Origin: Clostridia bacterium
GTDB taxonomy: Bacteria; Bacillota; Clostridia; Oscillospirales; CAG-272
Length of the DNA: 63,484 nucleotides
Direction: 5' to 3'
Assembly: GCA_017959065.1 (NCBI GenBank)
Contig: JAGDBK010000003.1
Span: forward strand, 1 to 63,484
Part shown: piece by piece, positions 8,351 through 17,197 of the stretch
Numbering within the stretch: the stretch's first letter is position 1
Layout: each line of letters starts with the position of its first letter
Program-made: the position numbers and the translations under genes
The notes under the pieces: generated by a model
What the model saw: only the letters and a program-made list of their open reading frames with translations
What the model was told of the DNA's origin: nothing
The model's database searches: none

Positions 8351-10689
8351 CTTTCCTCGGCAAACTTCTTGATGTTGGAGGCGTTGATGTATTTTTCAAC
8401 GTTGCCGCTGTCGACGACTACGAGAGTCGGTGCCTGATTAACGCCGTACTTTTCGGTCATTTCTCTGTCTTCTTCAGCGTCGATGACCGTATATTTTACG
8501 CCGGCCTTGTCAAGCATGGCCTTTGCCATTTTGCAGTTGGGGCATGTTTTTGTCGTGAACAGGAGAACTTCCTTCTGTGTCTGACCGGCAGGATTGTTCT
8601 CATGCACAATATTGTCTATCATGACGTTGTAAAGTTTTCTTGCCTTGAACTCCGCAGCCTTGCCTTCGTTCCAGTTCTGGACGGGGCGGTAATACCCGGT
8701 TATTCGGCTGTAGACCTCGGTGACTTCGCCGCATTCCGGACACTTGTATACCTCTCCAACGATGTATCCGTGGTTCTTGCAGATGGAATATGTCGGCGAC
8801 AGAGTGTAATAAGGAAGCTTGTAGTTCTCCGCAATCTTTCTTACAAGATTGGCGGCTGATTTCCATGTCGGGAGCTTTTCGCCTATGAACGCATGGAACA
8901 CGGTGCCGGACGTGTAGAGCGTCTGAAGCTCGTCCTGAATGTCGAGAGCGGTGAAAACGTCGTCGGTGAATCCGACAGGCAGATGAGAACTGTTGGTGTA
9001 GTACGGAGCTGCGTCGCAGTTAGCGGACGCGGTAATGATATCAGGATAGAGTTCGACGTCCTTCTTTGCAAGACGGTAGCTTGTGGATTCGGCGGGAGTG
9101 GCTTCGAGGTTGAACAGGTCTCCGTATTTCTCCTGATAGTCGGAGAGCCGTTCCCTCATGTGGTCGAGAACTTCCTTTGTGAACTGGATCGATTCCGGAT
9201 TCGTAAGATCCTTCCCTATCCAGCATGCATTCAGGCAGGCTTCGTTCATTCCAACAAGACCGATCGTTGAGAAGTGATTCTTGAAGGTACCCAGATATCT
9301 GCGGGTATAGGGATACAGACCCTCGTCAAGAAGCTTTGTGAGTATGGTGCGTTTGGTGTTCAGCGACCTTGCGGCGATGTCCATGAGTTTGTCGAGTCTG
9401 CGGTAGAATTCTTCAGGCGTCTTCGACAGATAGGCAATACGCGGCATATTGATCGTTACGACTCCGACGGAACCGGTCGATTCTCCGCTTCCGAAGAATC
9501 CTCCGGATTTCTTTCTGAGTTCTCTCAGATCCAGACGGAGACGGCAGCACATGCTTCGGATGTCGCTGGGTTCCATGTCGCTGTTTATGTAATTCGAGAA
9601 ATAAGGTGTCCCGTATTTTGCCGTCATTTCGAACAGAAGACGGTTATTCTCGGTCTCGGACCAGTCAAAATCCTTAGTGATGGAATAGGTGGGAATGGGA
9701 TACTGGAATCCGCGTCCGTTGGCGTCGCCCTCGAGCATGACCTCGATGAACGCCTTGTTCACCATATCCATTTCCTTCTTGCAGTCCTTGTACTTGAAAT
9801 CCATCTCCTTGCCGCCGACGATCGCGTTGAGTTCGGCAAGGTCGTTCGGGACGACCCAGTCAAGAGTTATGTTGGAGAACGGAGCCTGAGTTCCCCATCT
9901 GCTCGGAGTATTGACTCCGAAGATGAATGATTCGATGCATTTCTTGACATCGCGGTAAGACAGATTGTCCGCTTTAATGAACGGTGCAAGATAGGTGTCG
10001 AATGACGAGAAAGCCTGTGCTCCTGCCCACTCGTTCTGCATGATGCCGAGGAAATTGACCATCTGGTTGCAAAGCGTGGCAAGATGGCTTGCCGGGGATG
10101 ACGTTATCTTGCCGGGGATGCCGCCGAGGCCTTCCTGTATGAGCTGCTTGAGAGACCAGCCCGCACAGTATCCGGTAAGCATCGAAAGGTCGTGAATGTG
10201 AAGATCGGCTCTTCTGTGAGCGTTCGCGATCTCCTCGTCATATATCTCGGAGAGCCAGTAGTTCGCGGTGATGGCACCGGAATTGCTCAGGATAAGGCCG
10301 CCGACGGAATAGGTGACCGTGGAGTTTTCCTTTACTCTCCAGTCGATGCCGTTGACATACTGGTCGACGACATCCTTATAGTCAAGAATCGTGGATTTCA
10401 TGTTGCGGATACGCTCGCGCTGTTTCCTGTACAGGATGTAGCACTTTGCGACATCTGCGTAGTCTGCACTGATAAGGACTTCCTCGACGCTGTCCTGAAT
10501 ATCTTCAACTGTCACTTTGCCGTCCTTTATCTTTTTCTCAAAGTTCGATGTGACCTTGAGAGCAAGCAGATCAATGATATCAGGGTTATACTGTCTGTTT
10601 TGAGCTTCGAAAGCCTTTGTTATGGCCGCACTGATCTTTGAAATGTCGAAATCAACTACTTTTCCGTCTCTTTTAACTACCTGATACAT
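8347..10689 (-). CDS. nrdD: Anaerobic ribonucleoside-triphosphate reductase (class III) with a fused C-terminal glutaredoxin/NrdH-like CPNC domain
   Basis: ATP-cone N-terminus, MCCRLRLD loop, C-terminal Zn ribbon (CKNH...CPECGE), glycyl radical motif SRITGYY (8706-8689). The last 73 aa (8568-8350) are VLLFTTKTCPNCKMAKAML...APTLVV, with CPNC at 8544-8533. Confidence 0.9.
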   Translation of the reverse strand: MYQVVKRDGKVVDFDISKISAAITKAFEAQNRQYNPDIIDLLALKVTSNFEKKIKDGKVTVEDIQDSVEEVLISADYADVAKCYILYRKQRERIRNMKSTILDYKDVVDQYVNGIDWRVKENSTVTYSVGGLILSNSGAITANYWLSEIYDEEIANAHRRADLHIHDLSMLTGYCAGWSLKQLIQEGLGGIPGKITSSPASHLATLCNQMVNFLGIMQNEWAGAQAFSSFDTYLAPFIKADNLSYRDVKKCIESFIFGVNTPSRWGTQAPFSNITLDWVVPNDLAELNAIVGGKEMDFKYKDCKKEMDMVNKAFIEVMLEGDANGRGFQYPIPTYSITKDFDWSETENNRLLFEMTAKYGTPYFSNYINSDMEPSDIRSMCCRLRLDLRELRKKSGGFFGSGESTGSVGVVTINMPRIAYLSKTPEEFYRRLDKLMDIAARSLNTKRTILTKLLDEGLYPYTRRYLGTFKNHFSTIGLVGMNEACLNACWIGKDLTNPESIQFTKEVLDHMRERLSDYQEKYGDLFNLEATPAESTSYRLAKKDVELYPDIITASANCDAAPYYTNSSHLPVGFTDDVFTALDIQDELQTLYTSGTVFHAFIGEKLPTWKSAANLVRKIAENYKLPYYTLSPTYSICKNHGYIVGEVYKCPECGEVTEVYSRITGYYRPVQNWNEGKAAEFKARKLYNVMIDNIVHENNPAGQTQKEVLLFTTKTCPNCKMAKAMLDKAGVKYTVIDAEEDREMTEKYGVNQAPTLVVVDSGNVEKYINASNIKKFAEER

Positions 10690-10741
10690 AGCCAGTCTCC
10701 TTAAAAGCGTGTATTTAAAGTGATATAAAGTCGCGTGTCAT

Positions 10742-10793
10742 AGTTTACCATATTTAGTGGTTGATGTCAACACAAAAACACAAGATATAGAAT
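10742..10793 (-). promoter_or_regulatory. nrdD promoter (TTGACA-17-TAAACT) with two candidate NrdR boxes
   Basis: -35 at 10770-10765 and -10 at 10747-10742. Box A CCACTAAATATGGTAA (10760-10745) fills the spacer and overlaps the -10. Box B ATTCTATATCTTGTGT (10793-10778) matches acaCwAtATaTwGtgt at 13/16. Box centres are ~31-33 bp apart. Confidence 0.6.
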
Positions 10794-10844
10794 TTTTTTT
10801 ATAAAATTTCAGATTGAGTGCTGCATTTTATATATGAAATCTAT

Positions 10845-10887
10845 AGGATAACAATAGAACAGGACGGACATAAGACTGTCCGTCCTG
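10845..10887 (-). terminator. Terminator-like hairpin between the 298-aa gene and the nrdD promoter
   Basis: CAGGACGGACA / TGTCCGTCCTG 11-bp stem with a 6-nt loop, followed by a moderately U-rich tail (UUCUAUUGUUAU). Confidence 0.5.
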
Positions 10888-10949
10888 TACAGTATCCGGA
10901 AAGAAGTTAAACATCGCGGCAAATGCCGCTTCTGCAATTATTGATATGA

Positions 10950-11846
10950 TTATCTGACGATGTTCTCGCCGTCAAACAGGAACACACCGTATCCGTTTCC
11001 CGTAACATTTCCGTTTTCCGCAAGAAAATCCGCCATCCGGCGCTGAAGGTCAGTATTACGAGGAAGAGTCGCCGGGTCGTATGAATCTCTGAATCCGAAC
11101 ACGCGCCAGAGGTCCCAGTTGTCCTTCGCATCATCAGAACTTATGATATCAAAGTTGTCCATAAATGCGCGGATGCGGGAATTGGGCGCGAGAAACGTAT
11201 AGTTCCCCGGCCACAGGAGCCATGATGCGCATACGAATACGGCGGGTCCTGTCTTTTTGAAATACCGGTATGCACGGCGGAAAGAATCGATCACCTTATC
11301 GGGATCCAGCGGACCGTCTTCAGGGATGTGCGTATTGATAACCTGGTCGCCGCCATTTACTATGAATCCGTTCTTTTCCCATGTGAATTCTTTATGGAAT
11401 TCGACTTCGTGGAATTCAAGGCGCCCGAGTCTTACTATGCCGGCGCTGAAGAAGCACGTGACCCAGCCCCATTCACGCAGGCCTATATGACCGAACTCCT
11501 TTGCACAGGTCTTGGACCATACGGTTATCTCACGCATTGACGGATAGTAGATATCGTCGCTTATCTCGTGATCACGATAGAATGCGTGTGCTCTCATCCC
11601 GATCAGAATACTGATTGCGAGGTTGGCCAGATCGTCCTCTGCCCCGGTGATCTTGCGAAATTCGCTCATGTTATCATCATCCCAGAGGTTCTTGTCGAAT
11701 TGCTTCTCTTTTATCAGAACGTCGATCTTCGGAAGGAGAGGCTCTGCGGCGGAAAAATATTCTTCCGGAAGTCCGATCTTTTCTGCAAATTCTTTGGCTC
11801 CGTCCCCGTTTACGGGATCGATGAGCCAGCTCTTCGTTTCTGTCAT
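10950..11846 (-). CDS. Hypothetical protein; possibly an acyltransferase-like (DUF5596/GNAT-like C-terminal domain) family member
   Basis: I prefer the ATG at 11846 (MTETKSW...), 7 nt after AAGGAG; the ORF track extends to 11876. The family assignment is from memory of similar sequences only. Confidence 0.55.
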   Translation of the reverse strand: MTETKSWLIDPVNGDGAKEFAEKIGLPEEYFSAAEPLLPKIDVLIKEKQFDKNLWDDDNMSEFRKITGAEDDLANLAISILIGMRAHAFYRDHEISDDIYYPSMREITVWSKTCAKEFGHIGLREWGWVTCFFSAGIVRLGRLEFHEVEFHKEFTWEKNGFIVNGGDQVINTHIPEDGPLDPDKVIDSFRRAYRYFKKTGPAVFVCASWLLWPGNYTFLAPNSRIRAFMDNFDIISSDDAKDNWDLWRVFGFRDSYDPATLPRNTDLQRRMADFLAENGNVTGNGYGVFLFDGENIVR

Positions 11847-11888
11847 AGGTCTGCTCCTTATAGTTAGTATAATCAAATAGGAATGCTT

Positions 11889-12584
11889 TTAAATCTCTTC
11901 ACCGCGTACGGTGACCACGGGTATATATTTCATTGCAGTATCCCTGAATTCGATCAGTTCATTCCGCGGTACGCCGTGAAGGCCTTCTGAGATCACTTCT
12001 CCCGAGTCCTTGAAATTCTGAATGTGGTATTCTCCTGCTCCGTTTATCCACCGGCAGATATTCTCTATGTCGTTTTTGTCATGGTATTCGGCAACTACAG
12101 TCGTTCTGAATTCGTATTCGATACCTGAAGAGATGAGGATCTCTATGCTTTTGCTTATAATGGAGAGATCCGTATCGGTCCCGGCAGTGAGCGAATACTT
12201 TTCTTTTGAATTTTTGATATCCATTGCGACTCTGTTGACGAGCCCTTTACCTATAAGCGATCTCAGCCTGTCAGGGAAAGTGCCGTTCGTGTCAAGCTTG
12301 ATCTTGAACCCCAGATCTGATACCTTTGAAAGGAAAACTTCTATGTCCTCGTGAATCAGCGGTTCCCCGCCGGTGATGCATACTCCGTCAAGGACAGAAA
12401 CTCTTTTTGAAAGGAAGTTCAGTATGTCTTCCTCGGGTATAGCCTTTGCTTCCCCTGCATGAAGCACCAGCGAGGCGTTGTGGCAGAACGGACACCTGAA
12501 ATTGCATCCGCCGGTAAACAGAGTACAGGCCACATTCCCCGGGTAGTCAAGCAGTGTCATTTTTTGTATTCCAAGTATACGCAT
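11889..12584 (-). CDS. nrdG: Anaerobic ribonucleotide reductase activating protein (radical SAM)
   Basis: 231 aa, LLDYPGNVACTLFTGGCNFRCPFCHN (CxxxCxxC cluster). NrdG2-like size. Confidence 0.8.
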   Translation of the reverse strand: MRILGIQKMTLLDYPGNVACTLFTGGCNFRCPFCHNASLVLHAGEAKAIPEEDILNFLSKRVSVLDGVCITGGEPLIHEDIEVFLSKVSDLGFKIKLDTNGTFPDRLRSLIGKGLVNRVAMDIKNSKEKYSLTAGTDTDLSIISKSIEILISSGIEYEFRTTVVAEYHDKNDIENICRWINGAGEYHIQNFKDSGEVISEGLHGVPRNELIEFRDTAMKYIPVVTVRGEEI

Positions 12585-12602
12585 TTTTCCCTCTGATGAT
12601 TA

Positions 12603-14345
12603 TTATTCTGAAACCGTGATCTGCAGCGGAACGTCAGCGCTGATCTCAAAATTGACCGGAAGCGTCTGAAAACCGCCGACAGGATTGAAACCGCGCGAAT
12701 TATCCTCCATATGAAGAGAGTCGCTTTCGGAACATGTTATCTTCAGTTCACAGGCACCGGAGATACTGCATGTTTCTTCGCCGACGGAAACACTATCGCC
12801 CGTGTCGGATATGATCGGGAAAGTGTATCTTGCGCCGCTTTTGCAGAAGATCCTGACAGACACGGCTTCCGAGATACGGTATTCGATCTCATACTCGGAA
12901 CCCTCCAGAGGCATACCGTCGGCGTCCTTAAGAATGCCGTGCGCTGTTATTACGATCTCATCGCATTCGGTGCGCGATTCGATCACGGCCGCCGTATCAT
13001 TGAGATTTGTGTATGTCTTTCCGCTGCATTCCTTTTCCAGTGACGGGGTACCGCACACTGGAGGCAAAAACGGCATCTGCATATTGCCGGATTCGATCAT
13101 TTTGTATTTTGTGGGAGTGGCGCTGATCACCGGCCCGTAATTTCTGTTCCAGAGCAGTGTAAGAGCACCTCCGGTCGGGTACAGTTCCCTGTGCTGAAGG
13201 AAGTCGTATCCTGATACCGTCATCACCCAGCCGTCCTTCTGAGCAGTTGCGACGTCCAGACTCTTCCAGTGCTTAACCCCCTCGCCGGTTTCTCTGGGAA
13301 GCATGAGCGTTCTGTCATGGACATAACCGGATTTGGACATCACTGTCATTGCCTTGACATGGCAGAAAGTGTGATGTACGCAAGCCGGTTCACCTGCCTG
13401 CCCGTACATAAGTCCGCCGGCCAAAAGTCCGCCGATAGTACATTTTCTGTAAAGGAGGTAATTCCTGTACGCAGCTTCGCCGAACACGGGATCGCGGTCA
13501 CTGAGCAGCACATAAGCCGACTGGCATCCGTCCGAAGTCCGGCTCCCCCAGTAGGTCCATTTATAGAACCTGCTTCCGAAGCTGTTGTCCCATCCGCCGT
13601 CGGGAATCATAAACTCAAGATGCGCTCTGAGAATTCCGCAAAGTCTGTCTTTTGCTTCCTCGTCTTCGGTTAACACGGAATACAGAACGAGGCTCGGCAG
13701 GGATTCCTCCACATTGTATCCTATATCTATGCTTCTGCACCCTTTGGCTGTAATTCCGTCCATCGGGATCCCTTCGCCGTATATCAGGCCTTCGGGCGTC
13801 ACCCATTTCATGCAGAAATTGAACCATTCCCTCGCCTTGCTTCCGAAAGATGCTTCCCCTGTGATCCGGTACCGGATCGCCAGAAGAGCCGTATAGCTCA
13901 TGGCGTAGTTTATGTTCGGCATCGATGTCTCAAAATAGCTGTCCATGAAACTGCACAGCCTGAAAAACACACCGTACAGCCTTTCGTATCTGTCTTTGCC
14001 GAGATCGTCTTTATGCTCGGCAAGAGTAAGTCCGTATGATATGGCAGCGAATACTGTGATTCCAGTCCATTCGCTCTTGGCACCGTTCTTGTAGCCGCCG
14101 GATGGAATCCTGAAGTTCTTCTCAGTCCATTCAAGCAGTTCGTCCGCAGCTTCAAGGTACTTTCTCTCTTTTGTCAGCGAATACATATATACGAGCGCAT
14201 ATACCATGTCTCCGCTTCTTCCGTGCTCTGATTTGCACGCGGGACACATTATCGCGCCGTCGAGCCAGCCGCTCCCTGTTCCGCCGATCTTGAGGCTCAG
14301 CAGCGAATCGAGCCATTCCTTCAGAAGGATCTGATATTCGTTCAT
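12603..14345 (-). CDS. Hypothetical protein, 580 aa, uncharacterised (no signal peptide)
   Basis: Long clean ORF with SD AAAGGTG and promoter TTGCAA-17-TAGAAT about 40 nt upstream. Only 18 nt separate it from nrdG. No motif I can name with confidence. Confidence 0.6.
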   Translation of the reverse strand: MNEYQILLKEWLDSLLSLKIGGTGSGWLDGAIMCPACKSEHGRSGDMVYALVYMYSLTKERKYLEAADELLEWTEKNFRIPSGGYKNGAKSEWTGITVFAAISYGLTLAEHKDDLGKDRYERLYGVFFRLCSFMDSYFETSMPNINYAMSYTALLAIRYRITGEASFGSKAREWFNFCMKWVTPEGLIYGEGIPMDGITAKGCRSIDIGYNVEESLPSLVLYSVLTEDEEAKDRLCGILRAHLEFMIPDGGWDNSFGSRFYKWTYWGSRTSDGCQSAYVLLSDRDPVFGEAAYRNYLLYRKCTIGGLLAGGLMYGQAGEPACVHHTFCHVKAMTVMSKSGYVHDRTLMLPRETGEGVKHWKSLDVATAQKDGWVMTVSGYDFLQHRELYPTGGALTLLWNRNYGPVISATPTKYKMIESGNMQMPFLPPVCGTPSLEKECSGKTYTNLNDTAAVIESRTECDEIVITAHGILKDADGMPLEGSEYEIEYRISEAVSVRIFCKSGARYTFPIISDTGDSVSVGEETCSISGACELKITCSESDSLHMEDNSRGFNPVGGFQTLPVNFEISADVPLQITVSE

Positions 14346-14593
14346 TATCAGGTTAACACCTTTCCGAAACTGTTTATCAATATTCTATCCCAAATCTTAT
14401 TTCATTGCAAGAGCTTCTCGGGGAGGGATGGACCTCCGGAGCGGAAAGGCAATGCAGGGACGTCGGCTTCGGTGATTCGACTGAAATAGGCGGAAAAGCA
14501 AAAGTTTACAGTTTATTATCAAAATCCTGCTTCTTTTCATATACAATTCTAATCAGGTACAGCTTTAGAACGGATTAATTACTACGAACGGAT

Positions 14594-15271
14594 GTGATAG
14601 ATATTAAGATCAAACGGATCATTCCGCTTATGCTCGTGCTTGCGTTATTGTTTCTTTCATCATGCGACGGGATGCAGTCCGCATTGATGTACATCGGGAT
14701 AGATCTTCATGACTATGATTCCGAGGAGACAATCAGGACGCTCAGAACTTTTGATGACGAATGCGCAAAGCTGAAAACGATTCTGGAAGTGATAATTCAG
14801 GATACGACAGAGATCCGCGAGTTCAACGGTTTCAGCGAGGCGGCTAATTATTTCACGGATGAGATACTAACCTTCCTGACAAATACCAGATTCTCCAAAT
14901 ACAACGGGAATGTCACTCTTATGAATGAACTGGAGAAGGAATATCCCGGTCTGTTTGTTACGACGATCATTCCGGCCAGCGATTTTGACACAGCGCTTCA
15001 GAAGTATTTCGGCGCGGGCAGCAGCGTGCCTCATCCCTCCGGAACTCTTTTCAGATATATGAAGAAAGTTAACATGTATATCACAGAGGTGCAGCCACCG
15101 AAACCCGACACTGAGATTACTGTCATCTCATGCGAAGAGACTGAGAATACATACAGGATGATAATAGAAGTATCGGCCGATGACCAGGCCACAAACACAT
15201 ACAGAGCCCTGTTTGCCAAAAGAAAGAATTCTGATCCGTATTTCAGATCTCTGAAGCCGATCGACGAATGA
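14594..15271 (+). CDS. Hypothetical lipoprotein
   Basis: GTG start. Signal peptide plus lipobox LFLSSC. Confidence 0.6.
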   Translation: MIDIKIKRIIPLMLVLALLFLSSCDGMQSALMYIGIDLHDYDSEETIRTLRTFDDECAKLKTILEVIIQDTTEIREFNGFSEAANYFTDEILTFLTNTRFSKYNGNVTLMNELEKEYPGLFVTTIIPASDFDTALQKYFGAGSSVPHPSGTLFRYMKKVNMYITEVQPPKPDTEITVISCEETENTYRMIIEVSADDQATNTYRALFAKRKNSDPYFRSLKPIDE

Positions 15272-15288
15272 GCATAAAGAAAACAGAA

Positions 15289-15321
15289 AGTCATCCCCTC
15301 AGATGAAGGGATGACTTTTTT
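15289..15321 (+). terminator. Rho-independent terminator after the lipoprotein gene
   Basis: AGTCATCCC / GGGATGACT stem followed by T6. Confidence 0.85.
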
Positions 15322-15359
15322 ACTTAATATTGGTATTATATCAAAAGGTCAGAATCAGA

Positions 15360-15953
15360 TTAGCTGAGCGGAATAACCCAGATGTTTCTGAACGAAACGG
15401 CGTTTCCGTGGTCCTGAAGCATAAGGGGACCTTTTGCTACTCTCTTATCGTTGGTGATGCCGCCCGGAGTAACGCTGTAAAGCTCAACGTTGTTGTGGAC
15501 TACGATGCCGTTCTGAATGACGGTCATCCTGCCGTTTTCGGCAATCTCGCCGTGTGAGTTGAATTTGGGAGCGCGGAGGATGATATCATATGTCTGCCAT
15601 TCAAGAGCCGGAAGACAAGCGTTGAACAAAGGAGCGTGCATCTGATAGATGCCCGAGCAGTCGTTATTGAGCGGCGGGTCTATGCCGTATGAATCAAGTA
15701 CCTGAACTTCATAGCATCCGTGTACGTATACGCCGCTGTTGCCTTTTCCCTGGCCGGTCGCCTCGGGCATGTCAGGGATCCTGAACTCGACGTGAAGCTG
15801 AGCGTCACCGAAAGTGTAATCCGAAATGATGTCACCGTTGCCTACGGTGCATATGCCGTCCTCGATCTTCCAGTTCGGAACGGTGCCTGAACCGCGGGTC
15901 TTCCAGTTTTCAAGGGATGTGCCGTCAAACAGCATGATTTTTTCAGCTTTCAT
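15360..15953 (-). CDS. DUF1080 (3-keto-disaccharide hydrolase-like) domain protein
   Basis: 197 aa: LFDGTSLENWK...WKIEDG...LMLQDHGNAVSFRNIWV, the typical DUF1080 signature. No signal peptide. Confidence 0.75.
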   Translation of the reverse strand: MKAEKIMLFDGTSLENWKTRGSGTVPNWKIEDGICTVGNGDIISDYTFGDAQLHVEFRIPDMPEATGQGKGNSGVYVHGCYEVQVLDSYGIDPPLNNDCSGIYQMHAPLFNACLPALEWQTYDIILRAPKFNSHGEIAENGRMTVIQNGIVVHNNVELYSVTPGGITNDKRVAKGPLMLQDHGNAVSFRNIWVIPLS

Positions 15954-16022
15954 GGTCTAATAATCTCCCTTCAAATATTAAATTCAATAATTCTGTTGCG
16001 GTGTTTCAGAGAAAACATCATA

Positions 16023-16982
16023 TTACTGATTTTTGTAAGCCTCGACCATCATGTGAGTCAGTCTCTTCGCTTCATCGATTCCGCATCCCGGAAGAATGTT
16101 GCCGGAGAGGAACTGCTTCAGCGGAGAGGGCTTGGCGTCATCGTGGCTGAGCTCGACGACAACGGTATCTTTGTCGGGGGTGTTTATCTTCTTTGTAATG
16201 GTGTCTCCGCCGTCCCAGAGAAGTGTACCCTTTTCGCCGCCTATCTCGAAAAGGCTCGGGAAACCGTAAGAAACGAATCCAGTCTCGTTGACTGCTATGC
16301 ATCCGTTATCATATGACATTACGGTGACAGCGTTGTCTTCTACTCTGTCGGTGTTGAGAGCAAGCGCATCGGGATTTATGCATGCGTTGGTGAAGCAGGA
16401 TTTGTAGCCTGTAGGCTGTCCGCAGAACCAGTCGATCTGATACATGCCGTGCGCACCGAGATCGATCATGGCGCCGCCGCCGCATTCCTTGGCGTCATAG
16501 AAATGTTTCGGAAGCCAGTTGTTGCTGCTTCCGGAATGGCAGTTCCTGAAACGTATGTAATTGATAGTGCCGATCTCGCCTGCGTCGACTATCTTCTTTA
16601 GAGTTATCGGACCAGGACCGTATTTCCAGACAAGTGAAATGACGAATTTAACATTATTCCTTTTAACAGCTTCCTCTACCCTGAGACAGTCCTCATCGCT
16701 GAGAGCTAGAACTTTCTCTGTAAAGATATGCTTTCCGGCATCCGCGATCCTGACCATCAGGTCTGCGTGCGTATCAGTCGATGAACAAACGATGACGCCT
16801 TCTGCGTCGGAGGCAAGAAGATCTTCAAAAGTATCGAACGCCGGGATCTCGTGCTTTTCGGCGAATTTGGCCTTTCTTTCAGGATTCTGATCCCAGACTC
16901 CGACCACTTCCGCATTTTCTTTCGCGGTTTTTGCGTAACCGCCGGCATGTACATGCCAAACTCCGCAAACAGCAACCTTCAT
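16023..16982 (-). CDS. Gfo/Idh/MocA family oxidoreductase
   Basis: I prefer the ATG at 16982 (MKVAVCGVWHVHAGGY...), with a GAGG SD 9 nt upstream. The ORF-track 5' extension runs into the promoter. Confidence 0.8.
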   Translation of the reverse strand: MKVAVCGVWHVHAGGYAKTAKENAEVVGVWDQNPERKAKFAEKHEIPAFDTFEDLLASDAEGVIVCSSTDTHADLMVRIADAGKHIFTEKVLALSDEDCLRVEEAVKRNNVKFVISLVWKYGPGPITLKKIVDAGEIGTINYIRFRNCHSGSSNNWLPKHFYDAKECGGGAMIDLGAHGMYQIDWFCGQPTGYKSCFTNACINPDALALNTDRVEDNAVTVMSYDNGCIAVNETGFVSYGFPSLFEIGGEKGTLLWDGGDTITKKINTPDKDTVVVELSHDDAKPSPLKQFLSGNILPGCGIDEAKRLTHMMVEAYKNQ

Positions 16983-17055
16983 AGCTATAACCTCGTCTTT
17001 CTGAAATAATAAAGTACTGAAATAAGTACGATCCAGTTGAGGAAACGTCGTTAGA

Positions 17056-17084
17056 ATTATAGCAAAAATGATAATTGTTGTCAA
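17056..17084 (-). promoter_or_regulatory. Consensus sigma-A promoter (TTGACA-17-TGcTATAAT) for the oxidoreductase/DUF1080 pair
   Basis: Minus strand: TTGACA (17084-17079), 17-nt spacer ending in TGC, TATAAT (17061-17056). Confidence 0.75.
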
Positions 17085-17116
17085 TAAACCGGGGATGCAT
17101 GAAAAAGCCGTTTCCC

Positions 17117-17145
17117 TTGATTTTTGAATTTCGAGGTGATATACT
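17117..17145 (+). promoter_or_regulatory. Sigma-A promoter (TTGATT-17-TGaTATACT) for the membrane protein gene
   Basis: TTGATT at 17117-17122 and TATACT at 17140-17145, with TG at 17137-17138. Confidence 0.6.
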
Positions 17146-17197
17146 CATACCCGTTAGGAATAACATAAAATAGCTTTTTCCGGCAGGTGAATTGGTC

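Noticed and set aside
14410-14500. GC-rich ~90-nt island in an otherwise AT-rich divergent intergenic region (possible riboswitch or sRNA)
   Set aside because: I could fold only one short hairpin (GGAGG-GATGGA-CCTCC). It matches no riboswitch core I know. It lies upstream of, not within, the transcript predicted from the TTGCAA-17-TAGAAT promoter of the 580-aa gene. I could not find a convincing plus-strand promoter for it. A covariance-model scan could revisit it.
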